Virus genome (UHGV): UHGV-0268347
Reading direction: 5' to 3' (one strand)
DNA: 27,718 nucleotides
Source of the DNA: a virus
Shown here: piece after piece, positions 16,290-25,900 of the stretch
Layout of the letters: every line of letters starts with the position of its first letter
Position numbering within the stretch: the first letter of the stretch is position 1
Notes under the pieces: generated by a model
What the model saw: only the letters and a program-made list of their open reading frames with translations
Told to the model about the DNA's origin: nothing
Database searches by the model: none
Made by a program: the position numbers and the translations under genes

Positions 16290-18052
16290 AAAATCTCCAC
16301 AATATTGCTGGTATTGGCGGATTCGCCCTGCAGCGGTTCGTTAAACAGTGCGTGCATCGTTGCCCAGGCCAGATCCGCATGGCTGGCTTCTTCGCTGCGG
16401 CTGGCTTCATAGGTCGGGCGGTTGCCACTGGCGGTGGTGGAGCGACGGATTGCCATAAAGGACTGCGCTATGTCGGTGTGTCCGGCGTCAAACTCCAGAC
16501 GGCGGTGGCTGATAATGTCGTAGGCCTTGAGTACCAGGGCGTTTTTAACGTTGGGGTTGTAGACAAACTCCCGGACGGCAGGAAAGAATGCTTTCACGTT
16601 CTCGTAAACCCCGTGGCCGACGCCAGTTGAGTCGATGCCGATGTATGTCACGTTGTACTGTTCGGTCAGTTTTTTGATGGCGTCAGCCTGGGCGCGGAAG
16701 TCCATCCCGCGCCACTGGTGACGCTCAAGAATGCGGAACTTACCGCCCGGCACGGCTGGCGGTGCCACCACCACGCACCCGGCGCTGTCGCCGTTCTGCG
16801 TACCTTTTGCCGGGTCATAACCGATCCACACCTCGCGCCAGCCAAACGGGCGCAGCGCCAGTGCATGAAAGTCGGTCCAGACTTCCCAGCTGTCCACCAT
16901 GCACGCCTGCAGCTCGCTGAGCGGGAACACGGACGCGAGATCGTCCACAAACTCGCACATCAGCAGGTTCTGGTATTCGTCCGGGCTGTACTCCATGCGC
17001 AACTGGTCAAGGTCGAACAGGTTACAGCCGCCGCGCACCGCATCTTCCACGGTGACTATCTGGCGGTACTGCCCGTCTGCGCACAGCAGGCCGGGGGCCA
17101 GATTGCGGTGGGACAGGTCGATGTCCACCTTATCGGCTTTGTTGCGCCCTCGGTTGAACAGCGCACCGGACCAGAACGGATAAGCACTGTGTGTCAGGCT
17201 GGATGGCGTGGAAAAATAGGTTTGTCGCCATTTTTTGTGAATAGCCATACCGGAAGCCACTTTGCGCAGCTCCTGGAATTTCGGTATCCAGAAATATTCA
17301 TCCAGATACAGGTTGCCGTGGTAACTCTGGGCCGTGCGGGCATTGGTGCCGAGGAAGTAAAGCGTGGCCCCGTTAGGAAGCACCATCGGATCGCCTTTCA
17401 GCTCCACCTCCACTTCTTTGGCGAAGTCGATGATGTACTGCTTAAAGACGTGGGCCTGTGCCTTACTGGCGGAAAGGAAAATCTGGTTACGCCCGGTAAG
17501 CAGGGCGTCAATCAGGGCTTCACGGGCAAAGTAAAAGGTCGCGCCGATCTGGCGTGACTTCAGCAGATTGCGGATGCGGTTGGTTTTTCCGGCTTCCCAC
17601 CAGTGGCGCTGGTAGTTGAACATGGAGGAATGGAAGATTTCTTCCAGCTTCTCAATCTGCTCATCGGTGAAAACATTCTTTTCCGGCTGACGGCGTGGGC
17701 CTTTGTTGCGGTTGGCGACGTTTGGGTTTAAGTCGGCTTCGTTGCCGCCATTGTTAAACTTGCCGATCCGCGCGTGGCGCTCCGACTGGCGCGCCAGCAG
17801 GTCAATCTCTTTGAAATCTTTCCCTTCTTTGTGCTCCTTCATGATGAGCTGACAGTAGCGTGCGGCGGTGGTGAGCTGCATCTGATCCAGCGGACCATAG
17901 TCACCCCACTTGTCGCGTTTTTTCCAGCTGTGAACGGTTGCAACTTTCTCGCCCAGCATTTCAGCAATGCGGGCTACGCGGTATCCCTGAAAGTACAGCA
18001 GCATGGCCTGCCGACGGGGATCGAGATCTGCGGGTGTCAGTGTGGTGTTCAT
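16286..18052 (-). CDS. P: Terminase ATPase (large) subunit P
   Basis: 588 aa; P2 gpP-like, overlapping Q by 4 nt; Q-P leftward operon as in P2. Confidence 0.9.
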   Translation of the reverse strand: MNTTLTPADLDPRRQAMLLYFQGYRVARIAEMLGEKVATVHSWKKRDKWGDYGPLDQMQLTTAARYCQLIMKEHKEGKDFKEIDLLARQSERHARIGKFNNGGNEADLNPNVANRNKGPRRQPEKNVFTDEQIEKLEEIFHSSMFNYQRHWWEAGKTNRIRNLLKSRQIGATFYFAREALIDALLTGRNQIFLSASKAQAHVFKQYIIDFAKEVEVELKGDPMVLPNGATLYFLGTNARTAQSYHGNLYLDEYFWIPKFQELRKVASGMAIHKKWRQTYFSTPSSLTHSAYPFWSGALFNRGRNKADKVDIDLSHRNLAPGLLCADGQYRQIVTVEDAVRGGCNLFDLDQLRMEYSPDEYQNLLMCEFVDDLASVFPLSELQACMVDSWEVWTDFHALALRPFGWREVWIGYDPAKGTQNGDSAGCVVVAPPAVPGGKFRILERHQWRGMDFRAQADAIKKLTEQYNVTYIGIDSTGVGHGVYENVKAFFPAVREFVYNPNVKNALVLKAYDIISHRRLEFDAGHTDIAQSFMAIRRSTTASGNRPTYEASRSEEASHADLAWATMHALFNEPLQGESANTSNIVEIF

Positions 18053-18097
18053 GGCACAAACCTACAGCCTTGAATGAAGGCTTTCCCCGCCTGCGGT

Positions 18098-18115
18098 TTG
18101 TGTGGTTGTCGGTAC
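18098..18115. promoter_or_regulatory. Putative Ogr/B late-activator site (TGT-N12-ACA) in the divergent P/O late promoter region
   Basis: TGTgtggttgtcggtACA in the 142-bp intergenic region between divergent P and O. Confidence 0.45.
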
Positions 18116-18194
18116 AAATACCGCGCATTGTTTCACTGCCCCCATCACCGCAACCATAAGGCTCCAGTAAGTTTTTTCTAACGGAGCACGGCTC

Positions 18195-19028
18195 ATGACA
18201 GTGAAAGCAAAGCGTTTTCGCATCGGGGTGGAAGGTGCCACCACCGACGGACGCGAAATCCAGCGTGAATGGCTGGAACAGATGGCAGCCAGCTACAACC
18301 CGGCGGTGTATACCGCGCTGATTAACCTTGAGCACATCAAGTCTTATCTCCCGGACAGCACCTTTAACCGCTACGGCAAGGTGACAGCGCTGTTTGCTGA
18401 AGAAATCAAGGAAGGTCCGCTGGCAGGCAAGATGGCGCTGTATGCCGACGTTGAGCCAACGGAGTCCCTGGTGGAACTGGTGAAAAAAGGCCAGAAATTA
18501 TTCACCTCTATGGAAGTCAGCCCGAAGTTCGCTGATACGGGCAAAGCCTACCTGGTCGGCCTGGCTGCCACTGATGACCCTGCCAGTCTGGGCACTGAAA
18601 TGCTGACATTCAGCGCCAGTGCAGCCCATAACCCGCTGGCAAACCGCAAGCAGAATCCCGCCAATCTTTTTACCGCTGCAGAGGAAACGGTGATCGAACT
18701 GGAAGAAATCCAGGATGACAAACCGTCCCTGTTTGCCCGTGTCACGGCGCTGTTCACCAAAAAAGAGCAGTCCGATGATGCCCGGTTCTCTGATGTGCAT
18801 AAGGCCGTGGAACTGGTCGCCACTGAGCAGCAGAACCTGAGTGCGCGCACCGAAAAATCCCTGTCTGAGCAGGAAGAACGCCTGTCTGAGATGGAGACTG
18901 CCCTGCAGGCACAACAAGCCGCCTTTAACGAACTGGTGGACAAGCTGAGCCATGAAGACAGCCGCCAGGACTACCGCCAGCGTGCAACAGGCGGTAACGC
19001 CCCCGCTGACACTCTGACCAATTGCTGA
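18195..19028 (+). CDS. O: Capsid scaffolding protein O
   Basis: 277 aa; first gene of the rightward late operon, before the major capsid gene; P2 gpO-like. Confidence 0.88.
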   Translation: MTVKAKRFRIGVEGATTDGREIQREWLEQMAASYNPAVYTALINLEHIKSYLPDSTFNRYGKVTALFAEEIKEGPLAGKMALYADVEPTESLVELVKKGQKLFTSMEVSPKFADTGKAYLVGLAATDDPASLGTEMLTFSASAAHNPLANRKQNPANLFTAAEETVIELEEIQDDKPSLFARVTALFTKKEQSDDARFSDVHKAVELVATEQQNLSARTEKSLSEQEERLSEMETALQAQQAAFNELVDKLSHEDSRQDYRQRATGGNAPADTLTNC

Positions 19029-19044
19029 TGGAGCACAAAACCTG

Positions 19045-20103
19045 ATGAAGAAGAATACCCGCTTTGCTTTTAACGCTTACCTGCAGCAACTGGCACGTCT
19101 GAACGGTGTGGCAGTTGAAGAACTGTCCAGCAAGTTCACTGTAGAGCCGTCTGTGCAGCAGACGCTGGAAGACCAGATCCAGCAGTCCGCTGCTTTCCTG
19201 ACGCTGATTAACGTCACGCCAGTGACTGAGCAGTCCGGTCAGCTGCTGGGGCTGGGGGTTGGCAGCACCATTGCCGGAACCACTGATACCACCGCGAAAG
19301 AGCGAGAACCTGTCGATCCGACGCTGATGGTCGATGTGGAATACAAATGCGAACAGACCAACTTTGACACGGTGCTGACCTACGCGAAGCTGGACCTGTG
19401 GGCGAAGTTTCAGGATTTCCAGGTGCGTATCCGTAACGCCATCGTGAAACGTCAGGCACTGGACCGCATCATGATCGGCTTTAACGGCGTGAAGCGTGCG
19501 AAAACCTCCAACCGTAGCGAAAACCCGCTGCTGCAGGATGTGAACAAAGGCTGGCTGCAGAAAATCCGTGAGGATGCACCGGATCACGTCATGGGCAGCA
19601 CCACCACGGGCGGTGAAACCACACCGGGCGCGGTGAAAGTCGGTAAAGGTGGCGAATATGCCAACCTGGACGCCGTAGTGATGGATGCCGTCAATGAGCT
19701 TATCGACGTGGTCTACCAGGACGATGACGATCTGGTGGTGATTTGCGGTCGTGAACTGCTGTCTGACAAGTATTTCCCGCTGGTCAACAAAGAGCAGGAA
19801 AACAGTGAAAAACTGGCTGCCGATATGATCATCAGTCAGAAACGCATGGGTGGCCTGCAGGCCGTGCGTGCGCCGTTCTTTCCGCCGAATGCACTGCTGA
19901 TCACCCGTCTGGATAACCTGTCCATCTACTGGCAGGAAGACACCCGCCGCCGTTCAGTTATCGACAACCCGAAACGTGACCGGATTGAAAACTTTGAATC
20001 CGTTAACGAAGCCTATGTGGTTGAGGACTATCGCTGCGCTGCACTGGTGGAAAACATCCAGATTGGCGATTTTAGCGCCGCCGCAGCAGAAACCGGAGCG
20101 TAA
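19045..20103 (+). CDS. N: Major capsid protein N
   Basis: 352 aa; P2 gpN-like by size, position and sequence. Confidence 0.9.
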   Translation: MKKNTRFAFNAYLQQLARLNGVAVEELSSKFTVEPSVQQTLEDQIQQSAAFLTLINVTPVTEQSGQLLGLGVGSTIAGTTDTTAKEREPVDPTLMVDVEYKCEQTNFDTVLTYAKLDLWAKFQDFQVRIRNAIVKRQALDRIMIGFNGVKRAKTSNRSENPLLQDVNKGWLQKIREDAPDHVMGSTTTGGETTPGAVKVGKGGEYANLDAVVMDAVNELIDVVYQDDDDLVVICGRELLSDKYFPLVNKEQENSEKLAADMIISQKRMGGLQAVRAPFFPPNALLITRLDNLSIYWQEDTRRRSVIDNPKRDRIENFESVNEAYVVEDYRCAALVENIQIGDFSAAAAETGA

Positions 20104-20106
20104 TTC

Positions 20107-20757
20107 ATGAGCCTGAGTCCCGCACGGCAGCATCGCCTGCGCGTTCAGGCTGAACAGGCCGCCCGTGAGGGCGGCAGCGTTCGCCACGCGTCGGGCTATG
20201 ACCTGATGTTGCTGCAACTGGCGGAAGATCGCCGCCGTCTCAAGGGCGTTCAGTCCACGGTCAAAAAAGCGGAAATCAAAGTAGAGCTGCTGCCGAAGTA
20301 CGCCGCCTGGGCGGAGGGTGTCCTGGCTGCCGGAGGCGCTCAACAGGATGACGTGCTGATGTACGTGATGCTGTGGCGCATTGATGCCGGAGATTATGCC
20401 GGGGCGCTGGAGATCGGGCGTCATGCTCTGCGTCATGGCTGGGTGATGCCGCTGGGTAACCGCAACGTGCAGACTGTGCTGGCAGAGGAAATGGCAGACG
20501 CGGCACAGAGCGCAATGCTTGCCACTACCGGCTTTGATGTCGATCTGTTGATGCAGACGCTGGAGCTGACAGACGGTCTGGATATGCCGGACCAGTCACG
20601 GGCGCGTCTGCATAAAGCGATTGGCGCAGTCCTGAGTGAAAGCAATCCGGCTTCCGCCCTTAATCATCTCAACCATGCGTTACAGCTCGATCCCCGCTGT
20701 GGCGTGAAAAAAGACAAACAGCAGCTGGAGCGCAGACTGCGCAATGACAGCCGCTGA
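20107..20757 (+). CDS. M: Terminase endonuclease (small) subunit M
   Basis: 216 aa; P2 gpM-like, immediately after N. Confidence 0.88.
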   Translation: MSLSPARQHRLRVQAEQAAREGGSVRHASGYDLMLLQLAEDRRRLKGVQSTVKKAEIKVELLPKYAAWAEGVLAAGGAQQDDVLMYVMLWRIDAGDYAGALEIGRHALRHGWVMPLGNRNVQTVLAEEMADAAQSAMLATTGFDVDLLMQTLELTDGLDMPDQSRARLHKAIGAVLSESNPASALNHLNHALQLDPRCGVKKDKQQLERRLRNDSR

Positions 20758-20852
20758 CAGAACGTGCCCCCGCGCACGGGCGGCACGGGGGGGCGAAAGG
20801 CACAGCCACATCAAAACCCCGTCCACCGCCCTTTATTTCAGGAGAAAGCAGC

Positions 20853-21317
20853 ATGAAGTTTGTTGCGCCAGAACAGGCACCGGAACAGGCGGAAATCATC
20901 AGAAATACGCCGTTCTGGCCTGATGTGGACCTGTCGGAGTTTCGCAGTGTCATGCGCACTGACGGCACGGTGACGCAGCCGCGTTTAAAGCAGGTTGCGC
21001 TGTCGGCAATTTCGGAGGTCAACGCAGAGCTGTATGAGTTTCGCAGACGCCAGCAGATGCTGGGGTATGCCTCGCTGGCAGAGGTTCCGGCGGAACAGCT
21101 GGACGGCAAAAGTGAGCGCATTCAGCACTATTTCAACGCGGTTTACTGCTGGGCACGCGCCATGCTCAACGAACGTTACCAGGACTATGACGCCACGGCA
21201 TCCGGTGTGAAGCGGGGCGAGGAACTGGCGGAAGCCAGCGGTGATTTATGGCGTGACGCCCGCTGGGCCATCAGCCGGGTACAGGACGCGCCGCACTGCA
21301 CAGTGGAGCTTATCTGA
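20853..21317 (+). CDS. L: Head completion/stabilisation protein L
   Basis: 154 aa; P2 gpL-like. Confidence 0.85.
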   Translation: MKFVAPEQAPEQAEIIRNTPFWPDVDLSEFRSVMRTDGTVTQPRLKQVALSAISEVNAELYEFRRRQQMLGYASLAEVPAEQLDGKSERIQHYFNAVYCWARAMLNERYQDYDATASGVKRGEELAEASGDLWRDARWAISRVQDAPHCTVELI

Positions 21318-21520
21318 TGAAAGTGCGTGCGCATCAGTATGACACGGTGGACGCGCTTTGCTGGCGTCATTACGGGCGCACGCAGGGTGTCACGGAGCAG
21401 GTACTGAAGGCAAATCCGGGGCTTGCCGAATATGGCCCCTTTTTACCTCACGGGCTGCAGGTGGAGCTGCCGGACATTCCGACAACCACCACCGTGCAGA
21501 CCGTCCAGCTATGGGACTGA
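21317..21520 (+). CDS. X: Tail protein X
   Basis: 67 aa; P2 gpX-like small protein after L; start overlaps the L stop. Confidence 0.75.
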   Translation: MKVRAHQYDTVDALCWRHYGRTQGVTEQVLKANPGLAEYGPFLPHGLQVELPDIPTTTTVQTVQLWD

Positions 21521-21523
21521 ATT

Positions 21524-21739
21524 ATGACGCTTGAGCGAATCAGCGCCTTTATCACGTATTGCATCGCCGTCGTGCTGGCCTGGCTGGGCGATTTGTCCAT
21601 CAAGGATGCCTCAACGCTGGGCGGCCTGATGATCGGTGTGCTGATGCTGGCTATCAACTGGTACTACAAACACAAAGCCTACCAGCTTCTGCGCGACGGG
21701 CAGATCACGCGGGAGGACTATGAATCCATCAATCGTTAA
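21524..21739 (+). CDS. Holin
   Basis: 71 aa with two hydrophobic segments and a charged C-terminus, immediately upstream of the endolysin. Confidence 0.7.
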   Translation: MTLERISAFITYCIAVVLAWLGDLSIKDASTLGGLMIGVLMLAINWYYKHKAYQLLRDGQITREDYESINR

Positions 21740-22232
21740 ACGCTGCCTTGTCGGGACCGTGCTGGCTATTGCTGCCACGCTGCCGGGTTTTCAGCAGCTT
21801 CACACCTCCGTGGAAGGACTGAAACTGATTGCCGATTACGAAGGCTGTCGTCTGCAGCCGTATCAGTGCAGCGCGGGTGTATGGACTGACGGCATTGGTA
21901 ATACGTCGGGCGTCATTCCCGGCAAAACCATTACGGAACGACAGGCAGCAGAAGGGCTTATCTCCAACGTGCTGCGTGTGGAGCGGGCGCTGGAAAGATG
22001 TGTGAAGCAACAGCCGCCACAAAAGGTGTATGACTCGGTGGTGTCGTTTGCCTTCAACGTGGGGACAGGCAATGCCTGCAGCTCCACGCTGGTGAAATTG
22101 CTCAATCAGCGGCGCTGGGCGGATGCGTGCCGACAGTTGCCGCGCTGGGTTTATGTAAAAGGTGTGTTTAATCAGGGGCTGGATAACCGCCGTGCGCGGG
22201 AGATGGCCTGGTGTTTACAGGGAGCAAACTGA
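21720..22232 (+). CDS. Endolysin (phage lysozyme), probably signal-anchor-release type
   Basis: 170 aa; lysozyme-like core (GLKLIADYEGCRLQPYQCSAGVWTDGIGNT) preceded by a hydrophobic N-terminus (LVGTVLAIAATLPGF). Confidence 0.85.
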   Translation: MNPSIVKRCLVGTVLAIAATLPGFQQLHTSVEGLKLIADYEGCRLQPYQCSAGVWTDGIGNTSGVIPGKTITERQAAEGLISNVLRVERALERCVKQQPPQKVYDSVVSFAFNVGTGNACSSTLVKLLNQRRWADACRQLPRWVYVKGVFNQGLDNRRAREMAWCLQGAN

Positions 22233-22233
22233 A

Positions 22234-22611
22234 ATGAAAAAGAAATTAATCAGCGGACTGTTTCTGATGTTATGGATGGCGTTGTTAATCGCAGCAATGG
22301 TGTATCCGCAGGGGATTTTTCCGGTACTGGCAGCGTCCGGCGTTTGGGTAGCCTGTTTGCTGACATGGGCGGTAATTCCGGTAGCACTGGCTGCGTTAAT
22401 TAAGAATGGCCCGCTCTGGCAGGAGTTAAGGGCATCTTTGCTGAAGACAATTACCCGAAAAGAAAACGTATTTATCAGTTGGGTGATGCGATTGCTGATT
22501 GTCGTAAGTCTCGCCTGGACGGGGTGGGCTATTACCCTGGTCTTTTATCTGCTGACCGTTATTGCCTTCTGGATCACCCGTAATCAGATGGCGCAACAGG
22601 TAGCAGCATGA
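22234..22611 (+). CDS. lysA: LysA-like lysis-accessory membrane protein
   Basis: 125 aa with about four hydrophobic helices; RBS agggag; position equivalent to P2 lysA. Confidence 0.6.
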   Translation: MKKKLISGLFLMLWMALLIAAMVYPQGIFPVLAASGVWVACLLTWAVIPVALAALIKNGPLWQELRASLLKTITRKENVFISWVMRLLIVVSLAWTGWAITLVFYLLTVIAFWITRNQMAQQVAA

Positions 22612-23036
22612 ACCGGTTGCTGCTGGTTGTGCTGGCGTTATTACTGGCGGCGCTGGGCTGGCAGACGTGGCGGCTGGCTGATGCCAGCCAGACCATCAGC
22701 ACGCAGTCAGACGAGCTGCAGAGCAAAAGCCAGGCACTGGCAAAGAGCAACAGCCAGCTTATTAGCCTGTCCATTCTGACTGAAACCAATAACCGGGAGC
22801 AGGCGCGGCTCTATGCCGAAGCAGAACAGACCAGCGCGCTGCTGAGACAACGACAACACCGGATCGAGGAGCTGAAACGTGAGAACGAGGATTTACGCCG
22901 CTGGGCTGATACTCCTTTGCCTGCTGACATTATCCGGCTGCGGGAACGTCCGACACTCACCGGAGGTGCAGCTTACCGTCAGTGGTTGTCCGCGAGTGAC
23001 GCCGTGTCGGCTGGAGCAGGCAACGCCGCGCACTAA
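22608..23036 (+). CDS. lysB: LysB-like inner-membrane spanin (Rz-like)
   Basis: 142 aa; N-terminal TM (LLLVVLALLLAALGW) followed by a coiled-coil-like charged region. Confidence 0.6.
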   Translation: MNRLLLVVLALLLAALGWQTWRLADASQTISTQSDELQSKSQALAKSNSQLISLSILTETNNREQARLYAEAEQTSALLRQRQHRIEELKRENEDLRRWADTPLPADIIRLRERPTLTGGAAYRQWLSASDAVSAGAGNAAH

Positions 23037-23169
23037 CGGTGAGCTGGACGCGTTGCTGGATGAAACGGAGGCCGCCTGGGCGGTCTGTGCAGACAAAGTG
23101 GACATGATTATTGCGTGTCAGGAGCGAAACAGTGAACAAACCACAATCCCTGCGCCACGCCCTCAATAA
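22879..23169 (+). CDS. lysC: LysC-like outer-membrane lipoprotein spanin (Rz1-like), overlapping lysB
   Basis: 96 aa with signal peptide and lipobox (LLTLSGC), encoded in another frame overlapping the 3' end of lysB. Confidence 0.5.
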   Translation: MRTRIYAAGLILLCLLTLSGCGNVRHSPEVQLTVSGCPRVTPCRLEQATPRTNGELDALLDETEAAWAVCADKVDMIIACQERNSEQTTIPAPRPQ

Positions 23170-23563
23170 AGCGGTGCCTTATGTCCGCAATAACCCGGAC
23201 AAACTGCATCTGTTTGTGGATAACGGTTCGCTGGTTGCCACGGGGGCCAGCTCCATGTCGTGGGAGTACCGTTACACCCTGAACGCGGTGATTGAGGATT
23301 TCAGCGGCGACCAGAATCTGCTGATGGCCCCGGTTTTGCTGTGGCTGAGGGATAACCAGCCCGATGCCATCAATAACCCGGCGTTACGGGAAAAACTATT
23401 CACCTTTGAGGTGGATATTCTGCGCAACGATGTCTGTGATATCAGCCTGAACCTGCAACTGACGGAACGTGTGCTGGTCAGCACTGACGGCAGTGTGTCG
23501 AGCGTTGAAGCTGTAGCGGAACCCGATGAACCTGAAGAAATGTGGACGGTGAAACGTGGCTGA
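23132..23563 (+). CDS. R: Tail completion protein R
   Basis: P2 gpR-like; GTG 23132 with RBS caggag chosen as start (the ORF track's 23111 is an upstream extension); stop overlaps the S start. Confidence 0.75.
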   Translation: MNKPQSLRHALNKAVPYVRNNPDKLHLFVDNGSLVATGASSMSWEYRYTLNAVIEDFSGDQNLLMAPVLLWLRDNQPDAINNPALREKLFTFEVDILRNDVCDISLNLQLTERVLVSTDGSVSSVEAVAEPDEPEEMWTVKRG

Positions 23564-24002
23564 ACTGCAGAAGGTGGACGACTGGCTGAGTGCTTTGCTG
23601 GCGAATCTGGAGCCAGCCGCCAGAAGCCGCATGATGCGCCAGCTGGCGCAGGAACTGCGCCGGACACAGCAGCAGAATATCAGGATGCAGCGCAACCCTG
23701 ACGGCAGCAGCTATGAGCCGCGACGGGTAACAGCACGAAGTAAAAAAGGGCGCATCAAACGTCAGATGTTTGCAAAGCTGCGCACCACAAAATACCTGAA
23801 AACCGCCGCCAGCGCCGACTCTGCCAGCGTACAGTTTGAAGGTAAGGTGCAGAGCATTGCCCGCGTTCACCATTATGGCCTGCGTGATCGCGTCAGCCGC
23901 AAAGGACCGGAGGTCCGTTACGCAGAGCGTCGCCTTCTGGGTGTAAATGATGATGTTGAGGCAATGACCCGCGACATGATTCTGCAATGGCTGGCGGGGT
24001 GA
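23556..24002 (+). CDS. S: Tail completion protein S
   Basis: 148 aa; P2 gpS-like; GTG start. Confidence 0.75.
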   Translation: MAELQKVDDWLSALLANLEPAARSRMMRQLAQELRRTQQQNIRMQRNPDGSSYEPRRVTARSKKGRIKRQMFAKLRTTKYLKTAASADSASVQFEGKVQSIARVHHYGLRDRVSRKGPEVRYAERRLLGVNDDVEAMTRDMILQWLAG

Positions 24003-24070
24003 TCTTTGTATCAGCACTGATACAAGTTGCAGCACTGCCGCCTTTCTTCCCCTGATGGCAACCTTTCCCT

Positions 24071-24649
24071 ATGAACGCACAATTAACCGAAATCATGCGC
24101 CTTATCACCAACCTGATCCGCACAGGTGTAGTCACCGAAGTGGACCGGGAAAACTGGCTTTGCCGGGTGAAAACGGGCGAGCTTGAAACTAACTGGATCA
24201 GCTGGCTGACGCTGCGTGCCGGGAATGCCCGCACATGGTGGCGACCATCGGAAGGTGAGCAGGTGGTGCTGCTGAGTCTGGGCGGCAATCTGGAAACCGC
24301 CTTTGCGTTACCCGCCATCTATTCGAATCAGTTCGCGCCACCGTCGACGTCGGCGGACGCCTGCGTGACAGAACATCCTGACGGTGGCTGGTTTGAATAC
24401 GAACCCGCCACCGGGCGCTGGTATGTCAGGGGCATCAAATCAATGGTCATTGAGGCCGCTGACAACATCACCATGAAAACCAGTGAGTTTGTACTGGAGG
24501 CTGACCGCACGCGCATTAACAGTGAAGTGGTGATCAATGGTGGCGTTACCCAGGGCGGCGGAGCGATGAGTTCTAACGGGATCGTGGTTGATGCGCATCA
24601 GCATACTGGCGTCCTGAAAGGCGGCGATACAACCGGAGGCCCGGTATGA
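24071..24649 (+). CDS. V: Baseplate spike protein V
   Basis: 192 aa; P2 gpV-like. Confidence 0.88.
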   Translation: MNAQLTEIMRLITNLIRTGVVTEVDRENWLCRVKTGELETNWISWLTLRAGNARTWWRPSEGEQVVLLSLGGNLETAFALPAIYSNQFAPPSTSADACVTEHPDGGWFEYEPATGRWYVRGIKSMVIEAADNITMKTSEFVLEADRTRINSEVVINGGVTQGGGAMSSNGIVVDAHQHTGVLKGGDTTGGPV

Positions 24650-25005
24650 CGCTTTATAGCGGGATGAACAATACCAGCGGTAAAGCCATTACTGATATTG
24701 ACCATCTGCGCCAGTCGGTGCGGGACATTCTGCTGACGCCGCAGGGTAGCCGCATTGCTCGCCGTGAATATGGTTCCCTGCTGTTGGCACTGATAGACCA
24801 GCCACAAAATCCGGCGTTACGTCTGCAGGTCATGTCGGCAGTGTATGTGGCGCTGAGTCGCTGGGAACCACGGCTGACGCTGGATTCCATCACCATCAAC
24901 AGCCATTTTGACGGTTCAATGGTGGTGGCGCTGACCGGGCGGCGGAATAACGGTGTGCCTGTTTCCCTTTCCGTATCAACAGGAGCAGAGAATGGCAGTG
25001 ATTGA
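24646..25005 (+). CDS. W: Baseplate wedge protein W
   Basis: 119 aa; P2 gpW-like; overlaps V stop by 4 nt. Confidence 0.85.
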   Translation: MTLYSGMNNTSGKAITDIDHLRQSVRDILLTPQGSRIARREYGSLLLALIDQPQNPALRLQVMSAVYVALSRWEPRLTLDSITINSHFDGSMVVALTGRRNNGVPVSLSVSTGAENGSD

Positions 25006-25900
25006 CCTTTCGCAGTTGCCTGCGCCGCAGATTGTGGATGTGCCGGACTTTGAGACGCTGCTTGCCGCACGCAAGGCAGAATTTGTGGCGCTTCATCCGA
25101 AAGATGAACAGGAGGCTGTGATGCGTACCCTGGAACTGGAATCTGAACCCGTCACCAAATTGCTGCAGGAGAATACTTACCGTGAGTTGCTTCTGCGCCA
25201 GCGCATTAACGAAGCCGCGCAGGCGGTGATGGTGGCTTACGCGATGGGCGGCGATCTGGACCAGCTCGCTGCCAACTACAACGTGACACGCCTGACGGTG
25301 ACGCCTGCTGATAATGACGCTGTGCCGCCCGTTGCGGCTGTGATGGAAAGCGATGAAGCGTTACGCCTGCGTGTGCCTGCAGCATTTGAAGGACTTTCAG
25401 TTGCGGGGCCAACTGCAGCTTATGAATTTCATGCCCGAAGCGCCGACGGTCGGGTGGCGGATGCCAGTGCAACCAGTCCGGCACCTGCAGAGGTGGTGCT
25501 GACTGTCCTGAGCCGCGAAGGCGATGGAACAGCAGAAAAAGACTTGCTGGATGTGGTGGAGAAAGCCCTGAACAGTGAGAACGTCCGCCCGGTGGCTGAC
25601 CGTCTGACGGTTCGCAGCGCAGAAATCATCCCGTACCGTGTGGAAGCCACCATTTTTCTTTATCCGGGACCGGAAGCAGAGCCGGTAATGGCAGCGGCAA
25701 AAGTCAGCCTGCAGAGGTACATCGCCAGTCAGACGCGGCTCGGTCGGGATATTCGCCGTAGTGCTATTTTTGCCGCGCTGCATGTTGAGGGTGTTCAGCG
25801 TGTGGAACTGGCTTCACCGCTGGCTGATGTGGTCCTGAACAAAACACAGGCCGCATCATGTACGCAGTGGAGCGTAACCAACGGAGGAACGGATGAATAG
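24992..25900 (+). CDS. J: Baseplate assembly protein J
   Basis: P2 gpJ-like; ATG 24992 with RBS aggagcagag chosen over the longer 24953 ORF-track start. Confidence 0.88.
   Translation: MAVIDLSQLPAPQIVDVPDFETLLAARKAEFVALHPKDEQEAVMRTLELESEPVTKLLQENTYRELLLRQRINEAAQAVMVAYAMGGDLDQLAANYNVTRLTVTPADNDAVPPVAAVMESDEALRLRVPAAFEGLSVAGPTAAYEFHARSADGRVADASATSPAPAEVVLTVLSREGDGTAEKDLLDVVEKALNSENVRPVADRLTVRSAEIIPYRVEATIFLYPGPEAEPVMAAAKVSLQRYIASQTRLGRDIRRSAIFAALHVEGVQRVELASPLADVVLNKTQAASCTQWSVTNGGTDE

Noticed and set aside
16718-17557. 279-aa plus-strand ORF antisense to terminase gene P
   Set aside because: Lies wholly inside the terminase gene on the opposite strand; Arg/Ala/Gly-rich composition typical of a spurious frame in GC-rich DNA.
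20758-20852. GC-rich M-L intergenic region as a terminator or attenuator
   Set aside because: Only short stems (cgtgc/gcacg) and no following T-run; M and L are co-transcribed in P2-like late operons.
23478-24035. 185-aa minus-strand ORF antisense to tail genes R/S
   Set aside because: Overlaps conserved P2-like tail-completion genes on the opposite strand; judged spurious.
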